DNA of 64,000 nucleotides from positions 17,993,210 to 18,057,209 of the forward strand of contig JAUZTB010000072.1 in NCBI GenBank assembly GCA_034780895.1, written 5' to 3'. A program made the position numbers and the translations under genes. This DNA comes from Rhynchobatus australiae (lineage: Eukaryota). The notes beneath the pieces were generated by a model, which had not been told where the DNA came from, did not search any database, and saw nothing but the letters and a program-made list of their open reading frames with translations. This document shows positions 48,600 through 62,400 of this stretch, piece after piece; position 1 is the first letter of the stretch, and each line of letters opens with the position of its first letter.

Positions 48600-48890
48600 T
48601 TGTGCGCTAACTCCGTGTGATGTGCCAAAGGGTTAAACAATGTGGTAAGAAATCGGCTTCCATCAGCAAACTGAAATATGAAAGTGAAGGGATTAAATTA
48701 CGTGAAATTAGCTCCATTTGTCAGTCACTCAGACCGTCCTCTAAAGCTGCTACACGGCTTCTCCGTTAATTGCCATCAGGCCTGGTCACAGATTCCATTG
48801 TAATCTGATGTGCAAATTAGCTCCCTGCGAATTGAATTCATTTGTTGTCACATTTAGACCCAGTTTCCAATTGTTTCTTCCCCTTTAAAT
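48600..48890. promoter_or_regulatory. Candidate intronic enhancer / conserved non-coding element
   Basis: Non-repetitive and CpG-retaining; Sox-type AACAATG (48636) and CATTGT, several TAAT cores, AAATTAGCTCC twice (48705, 48814). Conservation not tested. Confidence 0.45.
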
Positions 48891-49899
48891 ACAGCCCCAA
48901 CCCCCACCTCTCTCTTTGAGATATTTGCCCGAAGCAGTCAGTACTAAAAGGAAAAAGAGACTTTTAAACGGCTGGATCTGGTTTTGCGACCAGCGTCCTT
49001 TTCCCTCCGCTCTTTCTGCTTCACTCACACCCTCTTTCCGCACTCGATACAGATTACAGGGGACTGATTGATGGTGTGGAGGGCAGGCATCTGAAGCCTG
49101 GACTATCAGTGCTGCAAACAGCGTCGCCCCAGGCAGCACTGACTGCCCTTGTCGCTCTTTGTACTTTGACTTTCTTTCACGTTTCATTGAAACCACAGAG
49201 GAGACCCGAAAGATCTCGAGAAACCTCGTTTGGATCCAATAAGTCACTCGGCGTAGTCTATTACTTGTGCCCGCAGGGGGTTACCGCGCACTCCTGATGC
49301 AGAGCGTGGAGAGAAAGAGGGAAACACAGAGAGAACTTTAAACCTTAATCGAAATCATTTGCTAACAGTTCCCAATCCTTGCCACCGCGTAGCACTCGGG
49401 AATTACCCCAGAATCCTCCGAATACTAAAACAATTATTGCCGAGATAGAGAGAAAGCGGATGTTAATAACACTCGGGGTAACGTTCCCATTGTATTCCAG
49501 ACCAGTGATAAAGCCTGTTGTTTNNNNNNNNNNNNNNNNNNNNNNNNNNNNNNNNNNNNNNNNNNNNNNNNNNNNNNNNNNCCTCAGCCCATCCTCCGTT
49601 AGCTTAACCGTCAATTCAGAGCCTTGTGGGGTTGTATTCAGGAAATAAATACTGAATTCAGTTCAGAAAACCATCCTGCCTGTCAGCCAGGAAAGTATCA
49701 CAAACACGTCACGGATCACTGGATAATGATGTGGACCAGAAACACTGACTGACTCTTTCCCTTTCTAACCTAGTTGAACCGAGACCAATTGAACCAACTT
49801 TTTACAGCTTCTCAATTATGTCATCTTATGGTTACCTTTCAGTAACGATTGGAATTGCATGAATTCTCACCAAATTATTAGTTGATGGCAAGGACATAG

Positions 49900-52800
49900 A
49901 GAGGGCAGGAACTAAGATTCTATTGTCAGATTTTCTGGAGGCTAGGGAGGGAGTTGAGAAGCAGGAAGGTGGTAATCTCCAGGTTGCGACCAGTGACACC
50001 AGAAGTAGGGAGGTAAGGAGGATCAATGTGCGGCGCAGTGCCATTGGGACAGGTTCTGGGGCAGGAGGCACCTACTCAAGAGGAAGAGGCACCCAACACA
50101 ACTGGGCCACTGTCCTTGTGTGGAGATTTACCAGTGTGGTTTGGAGGGTTTAATCTAAATTGGCAAGGGGATGGGTGGTAGCATTTAGAAGTATTAAGAG
50201 GAATAAGGAGCATGAAGTTGGGAGTGTTGGATAGTTCCAGAGAAGCAAGTAGTACCTTGTTCAATAGGAGCAGACTAAGAAGGACCTAAAGGAACACAAG
50301 GACAGGTTTAGAATGCGTGCATGTAACAGGGCAAGTGCAGGAGATAAGGTCGGTGAGCTGTGTGGGAATATGATGTAATGGCCCTAACAAAAATGTAACT
50401 CAAAAGCGTGAAGACTTGGTGCTTANNNNNNNNNNNNNCAAAGTGTTCAGAAGAGTTGGGGAAGAAAATAAGACGTTGCAGTTAAGGAGGCACTGATTAA
50501 GGAATTAATTGTAGCATTGGAAACAGAGGATGTAATTGAGCAAGCAAGGACAAAATCTCTTTGGATGGTTGAGAAGCAGAAGGGATATGTTTAAGTCACT
50601 GTGAATATTCTATAGGCCACCAAACAGTGAGAGAAAGTCAGAAGATCAAACTTGCAGAGAAAATATCGAGATAAGGAAAAACTATAGTGTGGAGATGTTG
50701 GGGGATTTTAATTGTCTAAATATCAATCAGGACAATGTTAGAAAAAGGAAAGTAGGGAGGAAATTCCAAAATGTGTTCAGGAGAACTTCATTAACCAGTA
50801 TGTACTTGGTCCACATTGGAAGAGGTCATTGCCAGATCTGGGGCTGGGGTCAAAGACAGTTCAAGCACCAGTGGGAGAATACCTGGGGAGGTGTTGAGAT
50901 TAGTGATGGAGAAGGGCAAGGCCAATCTACAGTAGAACTTGGGAGAGGGCAGACTTTCGTGTGGCAGGCTGTCCAGGTAGGGTATAATGGAATCAAAGAT
51001 TAACAGGAAAAACTTTAGAGGAACAAGCTGTGACCTGTAAGGAGGAGATATTGGCTGGGTGCATTCCCACAGGTTGCAAAGGCAGAGGAATCAAGGCCAG
51101 AAATGATGAGAGAGAAAGCAACTACTATGAAACAAGAAAAGAGATTGTACAAATCATAATATGTGAATTCCAAGTGAGAACCAGGCTAAATACATGGAGA
51201 TGTGTAGGGGAGTAAAGAGAGACATAACACCAGCAGAGAGAGAATATAGAGAGTGGCAGGTAACAAAAAATGAAGCAAAGAATCTGCTGTTGGCATGTAA
51301 ATGATGGGTAGCTAGTAAGAAGCAGGATGGGACTTATCAGGGACAAAGAAAGGACAAACATGCTTAGGTAACATGAGATGAGATGTGGGGTGGGGTCCTT
51401 ATATTTGATGTGAAGAGACAAATGGAAAGTAGGTCTAGATGAGACAACAAACAAATTGAATTAGCAGGGAACTAATTTACCCATTGGATTACAATGGAAT
51501 CTGTTTCCAGCCTGACGGTAATTAAGGGAGCACCTTGCATCCAAAACATTCAGCTGCCTGAGAAGCTGATCTGAGTGACCGACAAATGAGCTGCTTTCTG
51601 ATGTTTTGTCTCAAGGTTTACTGAGGAAGAAAATACTGGCAGAACATCAGTGGAAACAGAGATGGTAAAAGTATAGGTGATGCAGAGGAAGTATTGGAAA
51701 GGCTAGCTGTCCTCAGAGTGGATAAGCACCTCAGAGATGCCATGCACCTCAGGTTCCTAAGGGAAGTGAGGGTGCAGATATTGGAAACTTCCGCAATCTT
51801 CTAATCCTTTTTTTAGATACAGGAGATACAGGTGAAGTGCCAGAAGATTGGAAAGTAGCAAACGTGACAATTTTGCTCAAGGAAGGGTGCAAGGACATTC
51901 CTAGAAACTGCAGGCCAGTCAGTTTAACATCTGTGGTGGGGAAGGTTTTAGAAACAGTAATCAGGGAAGAAAGGCACTTGGGGAGATTTGAGTTAATTAA
52001 GAAGCGCTACGATGAATTGTTTGGCGAACCTAATTTGATTGTTGGTAAGGAGTACCAGGGAAGGTTGATGAAGGAAATGCGGTGGATATTGCCTGCATGG
52101 ATTTTAAGAAAAGACTTGACGAAATAGCACATGAAAGGCTGATTAACAGAACTGAGGCTCATTCAATAGAAAAATCACTGTCAACTTGGACAGAAGATAG
52201 TAAGTGTGCTAAGTGGTTGTTTTTAAACTTTAGAATAGTGGTGTTCTCCAAGGCTCAGTGTTAGGACACTGCTTTTTTGATATATCTAAGTTAATTGGAT
52301 ATTGAAATACAAATTAAAATTTGCAGATACACAGTGGTAAGCAGTGAAGATGATACTAATCAACTCCAATAGTTGCCAGCTGGGTTAACAGAATGAGCCA
52401 ACATGTGGTAAGTAGAACTTAATATGGAGAAGTGTGAAATGATGCATGTTGGCAGGAATACTTGGTGGCAATGTGGAGTTAAAGTCGATGAAGGAACAGG
52501 GGCATCTAGAGTTTCATGGGCATCGATCTTTGAAAGTGTCAATAGATACTGAGAGAAGGCTTTGTGAAGTATGTAGGATCTTGGGATCTATCTATTGAGC
52601 ATGAATGCTGCATGTTTATAAAACTTTGGATTGGACACCACTCAAGTATTACATCCATTTCTGGTCAGCAAACTTTAGGGAGGATCTGAAGCCCTTTGAG
52701 ACAGTGAAAAGGAAATTTACTTGAATGGTTCCAGGGATCANNNNNNNNNNNNNNNNNNNNNNNNNNNNNNNNNNNNNNNNNNNNNNNNNAGGTTGAGGAG

Positions 52801-53100
52801 AGATTTGATAGGAGAGTGAATAATTATTGACAGTCTCAGAGAAGGCAGATAAAGAAAAGTTATTCCCGTTAGCTAATGGTACAAGAAGTGGGCAAGAGAT
52901 ATGGCAAGATGTGAGGAAGGACCTCATTTATGCAACAAGTGGTAATGATCTGGAACTCAGTGCCTACAAAGTTGGTAGAAATTGGAGAGGTACTTGCAGA
53001 ACTGCAGGATACAGTGGGAGAATGGAAATGGTGGGTTTGCTTTATGGAGATCCAGTATGGATAAATGGCTCCTTCTGTTCCATCTTGGTTCTGTGACTAT
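49900..53100 (+). mobile_element. Long decayed CR1 LINE (end of ORF1, endonuclease, RT, 3' tail)
   Basis: YRPPNS, GDFN, PEDWKVANVTILLKEG...NCRPVSLTSVVGKVLE, MDFKK, QGSVLG and KFAD remnants in order; interrupted at about 51406-51598. Confidence 0.9.
51406..51598 (-). repeat. Inverted copy of 48704-48886 inserted in the CR1
   Basis: 51412-51504 aligns ungapped to the reverse complement of 48788-48880 with 15 mismatches in 93 nt; similarity continues with gaps. Confidence 0.93.
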
Positions 53101-53469
53101 TACAACCTATTTACATTACTGAAACAAGCTATTCCACCTGAGAGGGCCACGCTCCATACGTCTCCTCCCACACTTCTACACCTAATCCCACCAATATATC
53201 CTTCGGCGCCTTTTTCCTTTATCTGTGTATCTATCTTGCCCTAAAATATCACTTAGCTCAATCACTCCCCAGAGAGGTGAATTTCACACTCTAACCACNN
53301 NNNNNNNNNNNNNNNNNNNNNNNNNNNNNNNNNNNNNNNNNNNNNNNNNNNNNNNNNNNNNNNNNNNNNNNNNNNNNNNNNNNNNNNNNNNNNNNNNNAC
53401 CACACTCTAGAAGTTGCTCCCATATTCCTAGATGAATCTATTAGTGAAATATTTATTGATAGCCTTTGG

Positions 53470-56400
53470 TTCTGGTCTTGTCCACGATGTTTGTGTGCAG
53501 CATGGATCAGCTGGGCTGAATGGTCTGTTTCTGTACAATATGTAATTGGTAATAGAATCATGGAGCTATCTTGGCACAGAAGGAGCTCGTAAACCCACTG
53601 AGACTAAGCTGGTTGTCTGTGGAGCAATCCAGTCAGTTCCAATATCCCACTGTATCATTGTAGCCCTGTAAGCTTATTTCCCTTGTGTACCTATCCAATT
53701 TCCTTCTGAAATAAATTATTGATCAACTCCACTTTCACCATCCTTGTAGGAAACATTTTCCCTGTGTCTCCCTATCAAACTTTTTCACAATCTCAATGAC
53801 GTCTATCAGGTCAGCCTGTAGTCATCACTGTTGTAGAACAAAGTGCCTCAACTTGTTCAATTTTTCCTCTTAGTTCTGCTATCATTCTAGTAATTTTCTT
53901 TCTCGCCTTTGAATTTTTGAACCATAGAAATTTACATCACAGATTGTTCAGCTGTTGTGTCTGTGTTGGCCAAAGGAAATCCATCTAGTCTCACCTTCCA
54001 GCTTCTGGTCAACAGTGTTATATTTTTAAATGGGATGAGAGTTTCTGCCTCAACCATCGCTTCTAGTTACTGGGTTCCAGAATACAACCACACCCTGGGT
54101 GAAAATATTTCTCTTTATCACCCCTTACCAATGATTTAAAATCTATGTCCACACCTCCCATTTATTGTTACGAAATATAAGGAAAGGGATGAAAAATATT
54201 GCCTTTCTAAATGATTATAACCGCTATCCATTAGAAATGTTTCCAAGAATTTTTCCACTAACTAATTAGATGGACTGGCCCATCATTTCTATCTATTCTT
54301 TTTTGAACCATTATATCACATGGGCCTCCTCCTCTGGCACCATGGCATTAACCAGGGAGGATTGGAAACTAATGGTCAGAACTTCCATTATTTTCTACCT
54401 TGCTTCTTTTAACGGGTGAAATAAATTTTATCTGGGCCTGGTAGTTTATCTACAAAATACTAAATGTCTTAATATTTTCTGTCCTCATTTGTTTATCCCA
54501 TGGTTCTTTTTAGTTACAATGTCTACATCTTCCTACTGTTTCATAAGCACTGTGATCGGATCTTGCCTCACCATGGAAAAGTTGTCTGTTTGGTCTCTAA
54601 TAGGTTCTACTTTCTCCCTAATTATCTTTAGTTTCCTTTTCCAAATATACTTTTAAAACATCTTAGGGTTATCCTTCATTTTATTTGCCAATATTTTTAG
54701 TCACTTTCTTTCCTTACATTTTATAGTTTACTTTACAATTACTTTACACTTTCTATACACCTCCAAGCATTCCACAGTATTGAACTCTCTATCCTGAATT
54801 TAACTCACCCTACCCTGTATGGTCTTTGACAACCAGGGGTTCCATATTTCAGAAGCCCACACTATTCCTTTGCTGCAATATTTTTGCTCTGAAAGGTCAC
54901 TATTTCCTGCTTGAATGTATCCTCCTGCTTGAATATAGATTTAACTTTGCCGATTTTTTTCCAATCCAGTTTTGTTGAATCACATCTCAACCAGGCAAAA
55001 TTGGTCTCCCTTTCTAATTAAGAATTTTTACTCCTGGTGTCTCTTTGTACTTTCCATAACAACGATATATCTAACTGAATATATATCTACCTGAATCATA
55101 ATCATGAGTCTCAAAATGCTGTCTTACCAATGCAACTTATGGCTGTATCCAAAACTGAGTCCAAATTGCCCTCTCCATGTATTTGGTCTGTCTGGGTCTG
55201 TACTGGTTGCACTTTAAGAATTTTGCTCCCTTTACACCTCTTACAATAATTCCATCCCGGTTAATATTAGGTTAGTCAAAATCTCAGAACTGTTGTTGCC
55301 CTAATATAATTGCATTTCTCAGCAGTTCCTTTATATATTTGCTCTTCCATTACCGTCTGACTGGGGACCCACAGCATTCTCCCAGGTGTATGCAAGTGCT
55401 CAGCTGAATATTTCCAGCATTTTCTGTGCTTTTACTTTAGGTTTCCAGCATCCGCACTTTTTTTGCTTTTGTACTCCGTTTCGATCTGTCAGTTTAACCT
55501 ATATCCTCATTTAGCAGTCCTTCTCGCATGTTATCTTTCCCCACAACCATAATTGTTCTTTTAAGCAATATTACAACCACCTGTTTTTTTATCATTGTCG
55601 CTATCAGGTTGAAAGGTTGCTATCAATCATTCCCCTCAAGACAACATCTACTGTCCATTTCCAGTTTTTCTTCTCTTCTTTCTGAATCTGCAGTCACATT
55701 CTCAGCTCCCTCCCAAATTCATTTAAATCCTCCTTCAATGCACAAGCATAAACTTGCTGTTGAATTGGTTCCAACCCCCTGTGGAGGTGCAACCATTCCA
55801 GCTTGTACAAGTCAGCTTGCTAGAACAGGCTCCAGTGCTGAAGGGATCGGCAACCTTCCCTCCTGCACAACATGCATTCATCTGCACTACCTTCCTACTT
55901 CTGTTCCCACTGGTGCATGTCACCAGCAGTCATCCGGAGATTACTACCTCTGATGTCCTACTTTTATTCTCTTTTCTAGATTCCTAAAATCTTCCCAAGG
56001 GACCTCATCCCATTTTGTGCCTATGCCTTGGAACTCTTATACACTATGAGCCCCGCACTCATTGTTAAAGTTGTAGAATCATACAACACAGAAACAAGCC
56101 ATTTGGCCCATCGTATCCATGCCAACCATCAAGTACCCATCTATGCTAATCCCACTTACCCACACTTGGTCCGGAGCCAGCTGTGTCTGGGTGATTCAAG
56201 TGCATTTTAAAATGTGAAAGTACTTGCCTTCACCACCCACTCAGGCAATGTATAGCAAAATCGAACTCCCCTCTGGGTGAAGAAATTCTTCCTGCGATCC
56301 CTGGAAACCTCTCACCTCTTACCCTAAAACTATGCCCTCTCATTTCAGGCACCTCTGCTTTGGGGAAACATTTTCGACTATCTACCCTATCTATGCCCCT

Positions 56401-57000
56401 CATTATTTTCTGCAGTTCCTCATTGATATCCCTGACCTTGGCAGTAAGCAACAATATCCATTCCTAGAATCACATCAGCAGCTGCAGGAATATCTGTCTG
56501 TCTCCCATACCATTGAATGTCCCATCACTGTAGCTTTCCCTATTGAATTGACCTACCAACTCCGTCCAACTTTGCTGCCCAGAGGAGCCATTATCTCATC
56601 AGTGATCAGAAGCAATAAGATGCACTTCGGACATTCCAGTCTGGTCCCCCTTGTCTGTCTTCCCTCTGTCTGCCTACATGAAGCTGTGGAGTGACCACCT
56701 CCTGAAGCATGCTGGCACATGGGTCCCCACTTCTGATGACAGAGGGCAGTACCTCCTCTGGGGAATACAAACAGCTCCAACCTTGAGGGATCACTACAGG
56801 GATGCCAGCTGCATCTCAGACTCCGAAACCTGGAGCTCCAGCTGGCATCACTTCCTGTACAGCCCACGATGTGCATTTGATGGGGAGGGGTTGCCCTGCC
56901 AAGCCTCTTTTTATCAAGCCACTAACTATACTTAATGGATGCAAATTTAAGACAGAGACCTGGTCTTGACAAGAAAAGAGAACCCTTAGCTGCAACCTAC
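53470..57000 (-). mobile_element. Long, very decayed CR1 LINE with nested fragments (opposite orientation)
   Basis: Reverse-strand RPVHLIS, DFD.PNINRD and ORF1-like QLELQVSESEMQLASL remnants; nested CR1 tail at about 56070-56420 (MRGIDRVDSRKCFP...RGHSFRVRGERF). Confidence 0.7.
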
Positions 57001-58449
57001 TAATCAGCTCGTTTTTTGTGTTGGTGGCACTTTAGACAAGTTTCATCCACTTTCCTTGACAATCACCCTGCCTTATCTCCACCCTTTCCCATTCTTACTG
57101 TGTTTTATTTATTTTGTTAATTAAAATTTATAGATTTACTCAATTCAGTTTACTAGTTTTAGTATTTGATCAAATTTGAATAAGGTGAATTAAATTTAGT
57201 ACTTATCTATGATTTATGTGACCTCATTTTGTGATTTCCTTTTATAATGCTTCTAATTCCGTGTTGAAATACAGAGAGCAGATCTGTCTGGAGTACTCAG
57301 TGTGGTCTGACCAGGGTTTTACACATTTATCCACTCTGTCCCAATAGAGATGCACCTTGTTCTTTGTTTCCTTTTGTTTTCAAGATGTTATGAACTTGTT
57401 TTGGCACTGTTAATGAGTGTGTATCTGTGTCATCCTCAACTGCATTTGGACTCTTTCTGTTGAAAGAGCATTACATCTAATTATTCTTCCTATCAAAGTG
57501 TATTACCTTATCCTTAATTATCATGAAGTTAATTTGTGCACTTTTTAATTACATGCCCATTTGACAAGTTTAGTTGTTTGCTGTATTTTATCACTGCCCT
57601 CCTCTGGATTAATTATACCTCCCAATTCGATGCCATCTGTGGATCATTGATGTAAATTGTGAACATTATGGAATGCCAGTCTGAGTACCCACTTGAACAC
57701 CAGTCTCGGTTTCTATTTAGCATCCACTTGCCAACTGTTTGAATTCTTAGTCTATTTCCCAACCTTTCTTTCTTCTGGAGAGTTGTGGAGGCGAGATCAT
57801 TGGGGGTGTTTAAAGAGGAACTAGCTACGCTTTGAAGGATCAGGGAACTGAGGGATATGGGGAACTGGCACAGAGCAGGAAGTGAGGCCTGGGGAAGATC
57901 AGCCTTGAACATACTGAATGGCTCAGGCTTGAGGGGCCGAGTGGCTCATTCCTGCTCCTGTTTTAGTCACAGAGTCATACAGAGCTTCAGCCTAACCAAC
58001 CGAGTTGCCTTCCATTTACCTGCATTTGGCCCACATCCCTCTGAACTTTCCTCTCCATGTACCTGTCCAAATGATTTTTAAACATTTTCTTATTCTTTTA
58101 TGTCCTTCTATTTTCTGGCTTTGATCGTGATCCTACAACGTGGTATACACTAAACCTTATTGAAGCCTCTTTGAAAATCCAGACACATTAGATCCACAGC
58201 ACTTCCATTATTTGTTCTTTCAGTTGCTGCATCAAAATATTCAATAAGGTTAATGAACAATGTTGACTGTTATTTGCTGTTTCAGTTTCTCGATGTTTTC
58301 TTGTGATAAACTACCACCCCTCCCACAACTGCTGTTAAGCAGTTGGGCAGGAATGTTCCATCAGTTGTATTTTAAGTTGTGAAAGCTTGTGGAGAACTGA
58401 TTAAGGTTATGCTCATGCCTCACAGACTTACAATGACTTGTTCTTTCAA

Positions 58450-58690
58450 CGCACCTTGCAGTGACACAGCAGGCATATTGCTGCCTCACAGTTCCAGCCA
58501 CTTGGGTTCAGTTCTGACGTTGGGTACTGTCTGGGTGGAATTTGCATGTTCATCCTGTGACTGGGTGGGTTTCCCCTGAGTGCTCTGGTTTCCTCCCATA
58601 TAAATGTGTCAATGGATAAATGGGAGTGCTTTGGGAGCTGGCATGTACTCAATGGGCTGAATGGCCTCCTTCTATCTTGTTAAGGAATAT
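58450..58690 (+). mobile_element. V-SINE (HE1-like) copy
   Basis: tRNA-like head TGCTGCCTCACAG...GGGTTCA, V-domain TTTGCATGTTC..CCTGTGACTGGGTGGGTTTCCCCTGAGTGCTCTGGTTTCCTCCCA, and CR1-like tail GGGCTGAATGGCCTCCTTCT. Confidence 0.8.
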
Positions 58691-58899
58691 GAGTTAAACC
58701 ACGTCTCAGCAGAGAGAACACTGCTCTGTCATTAATTGAAGCAGCCACTGTCTGTTCAGCAAGATTCCACAAACAGCAAATAGGACCTGTAGCTCTGGCT
58801 AGAACAACATTAGCACCCAGTTGGAGACAGAGGGCAGTTCCTTCGTTGTCTCATCAGGACAATTACGCGGCATTTTCTCATTGCTTCTGATACTGCAAC

Positions 58900-59225
58900 A
58901 TCACTTGGCACTGACCCACCAACTGTGCAGCACTCCCTCAGTACTCTCTGTGACACTGGAGCACTCCTTCAATGTTACAGGGCACAGATTTTCCATCAAG
59001 CTGCCCCGCTGACAGTGCAGGTCTGACTCAATTCGTTCCCCACCCATGCATCAGTCCCTCAGTGCTGTCCCTCCAGAAGTGCAGACCTCCCTTCGTACTG
59101 CTTTCTGACAGTGTAGACTTCCCTCCACATTGACTCTCAGAAAGAGCAGCATTCCCTGACATTGCGCTGAAGTCCTTCAGCGTTGTCCCTGCATTGTGTG
59201 TCAGACAGTGCTCTGTTCCCTGAGC
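58900..59225. repeat. Degenerate tandem repeat of a Deu-domain-like unit (GACAGTGCAGCACTCCCTCAGTACTG)
   Basis: Recurring CCCTCAGT(A/G)CT and GACAGTG units. Confidence 0.6.
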
Positions 59226-60199
59226 ACTAGAAGTTAGATGCCTTACCATAACATTGAGTTCATTATACTAATGTGGCTGTTAACAAAAGAGAGTTAAGGC
59301 TTACAATGAGGTAAATGTTTCCAAGCATTGAAGAATTTTCACATTAGCTGTAGTTTACAATCTGCAGTAGTGCCGTTGATAAAAGTTACCACACAACAGC
59401 ACCCCTTCGGCTCCCTGCTGCTGCAGTTTACAATGTTCAGTCTGAACCAAGTTGTCAGTAAAATTGGATGGAACCACATCTCTGCTGCATAATGTTGTGG
59501 GGGCAAATAATATGAGATTCCTCTCCCTGTTTGAGGTTAAACAGAAGAAAGTTATCAAGTCCCTTTATATGACAGCCCAAGATATTCTATAGTCCCCTAA
59601 TGTAGTGATTAGTTGGAGAGCTGTTTGGTAGCCTGAATCTGGCCGGTTAGTTTTATAAATCTCCAGGTCCTGCCAAGGAGTGAAAGTGTATCTGGGTGGG
59701 AATGAAAAGAGCTGGTCTGCAGCTTCTTGTCACATTGCTGAGTGGTGAAGTGATCCCATACACCAACCATTCACAGCTTGCATTTTAGACAATGTTTTAA
59801 TAACATTACAAACCAAAAAAAACCTTTGGAATTTTATCCATAGAACAGCAGGCTGATATTCCATGAGAATTCTGTGCAAGTAACAAGTGAATAAAAACTG
59901 GATTATTGGTGAGTTAGAGGAACACTTTCATTTGGCATTTTTGTAGCTATCAGTTTTCAAACCGAGGGAACATTTCAGATACTTCCACAAATTTCTTTTT
60001 AAAAAGTGAAAGTGATATCCCCAGTTCTCCTCTTCAGAAGCTTCAGATCCCCAGCTCATCAGGAAAGGAGTTACTGAGCGACAGTTCGAGGGGGCTGGAT
60101 TAACTGCTGCCCCAGCACTCCCTACTTCTGACAGTATCTCTATTGTTGTTAAGGCAGCTCCCTCACACTGTCACTCAATAATCCTCCCCCAGTGCACGG

Positions 60200-60440
60200 T
60201 CACTGATTCCCCCTTCATAAGGGGCTCTGACAATGACACTCCTTCTCATAAGGGGTCTTAACAGTATGACTACATCTTTATAAGGGGTCTTCATAATGTA
60301 GCCCTCTTTATAATGGGTCTTGACTGTGCAGCTACCTCTTTATGAGGGGTCCCAACAAGGAGACTCTGTCTCCATATGGGGTTCTCACAATGTGACCCCT
60401 TTTTACACGGGCTCCTGACAGTTCAAGCCCCTCTTCATAA
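60200..60440. repeat. Degenerate ~33-bp minisatellite (CCTCTTTATAAGGGGTCTCTGACAATGTGACT-like)
   Basis: ATAAGGGG(T) recurs at about 32-34 nt spacing. Confidence 0.75.
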
Positions 60441-62153
60441 AACTTTATCTAAAAACTTTATTAGTACAGCTCGGTAACAGGCCCTTCCGGCCCAACGAGC
60501 CCACCCTAGCTCTACCTCTCCCTCTTTATNNNNNNNNNNNNNNNNNNNNNNNNNNNNNNNNNNNNNNNNNNNNNNNNNNNNNNNNNNNNNNNNNNNNNNN
60601 NNNNNNNNNNNNNNNNNNNNNNNNNNNNNNNNNNNNNNNNNNNNNNNNNNNNNNNNNNNNNNNNNNNNNNNNNNNNNNNNNNNNNNNNNNNNNNNNNNNN
60701 NNNNNNNNNNNNNNNNNNNNNNNNNNNNNNNNNNNNNNNNNNNNNNNNNNNNNNACTTTTTTCCCTCAAAGAATGACTATCTCACAGGGAAAGTGTGAGA
60801 TGCCCTGAGGGTACTTTGTGTATCTTTCAGTAAGACGTTGTGTTTATCCTTACCTCTTGGATTTATCTCATACACCATCCTCTCCAACCCACGGAAGAGC
60901 CCAGTGATCCAGCCTGGAAAAACTTCTCAGAGCAGAGCCTTGATCAGGGAGCAAACCGTCTCCATCCACCAACAGTAATCACTGCAGTCTGTTTGTGATT
61001 TCAGAGGAGTCCTGTCAGTCTGGGTGATTGACAGCTAACCAACTCAGAGTTCCCACTGCCCTCTGCTCCCCCCACCCACCCAGTACTGATCGGATAAAAC
61101 TTTGCAGATGTTGCACACTGTTTGATTTCTACTCAGGAACCATCATCCTTGCTTTGCACATTCACATCTGGAAAGGGAGGGGAACAAACTGTGGCCAGAA
61201 GGTTTTCTTTAAATTCCCTGACCAGGTTGGTCTGTGTTCAATGGGATCATTAACTTGTACTTTGGTGTAAAACTGGTAGGGAGCTCGTGTTTTAGTCTTT
61301 GGGTTTGCATTTTACTCCTTGTGTATGATCTGCATGTTAACTGTCGTTAGTCGTCTGATCACCATCCCCATCCTCTATCCCACCTCTTCCATTCCTATTC
61401 CCCATCACCATTCCTTCTATCCCCATTTCCACATATCTGAACTCCTACCCCCACCCTGCCATCCCAAACCTCCCAATCCTAGCCCCCATTTCTATCACCC
61501 CATCCCATCAATCCGCTTCCTAATCCACCTTTCCTACCCAATTCCCCTGTTGCCACCTCATCCCCATTTCCCCTATCCCACATTCCCCACCCATCCCATT
61601 ATCCCACCCACAGGCCCTTCCCACCCCAACCCTTATGCACTCAACCTGCCATTCCTGTACATTCACCATCAAACCGGATCCTCTTCTCACCCAAGTNNNN
61701 NNNNNNNNNNNNNNNNNNNNNNNNNNNNNNNNNNNNNNNNNNNNNNNNNCCGTGTTGCCTTCACAGGCAGACCACCAACTCATTGCTGGGGTTGGGGCCA
61801 ATAACAACATGAAACACTGGGTTCTAGCCCTCGCTTTTCCCTGTCCCCTCCTCCTCAACCCTCTGCACCATCTCCAACCCCTTTCCTCCAACTTCCTCCC
61901 TCTTTTTCCCTTTCTTCTAATTCTCTGATTAATCCCTCCTTGCTGAAGCTCCCTTAATCCCTTCCCCAACCCCTCCTACCCCTCTCCTCTCCAATCACCA
62001 TCCCTCCTCTCCCCTTATACTTCCCTTTCCCCTCTCTCTCCAACACCCCCCCCCAACCCCTGGCCCAGATTGGAAGCCAAGGTCTCTTTCTTTCCATTAA
62101 CCATTCGTCTCCCGTTCTCTCTCGCCCTGCCACTCTTGGTCTCATTTCCACAG

Positions 62154-62400
62154 GTGATGAGCATCCTGAGTAACCCCGGAGCGGTCTCCACCCAGCCGCA
62201 GCATGACTTCTCCATCTCCCCCCTGCACGGGAGCCTGGACACCTCAAACCCACTGTCCGCCAGCTGCAGCCAGCGGTCCGACTCCATCAAGGCCGTGGAG
62301 AGCCTGCCCACCTCTCAGTCCTACTGCACGCCCGCCTACAGCACATCTGGATACAGCATGGACACTGTGCCTGGCTACCAGTACGCTCAGTACGGACAGA
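62154..62400 (+). CDS. pax7: Pax7 exon 8 equivalent (transactivation domain)
   Basis: Long pyrimidine tract with tttccacag|, donor AGA|gtaagc; 247 nt, phase 0 to 1. Encodes [82 protein letters not shown]. Confidence 0.97.

Noticed and set aside
9385-62400. Assignment of the gene to Pax3
   Set aside because: [25 protein letters not shown] and VMSILSNP match Pax7 rather than Pax3.
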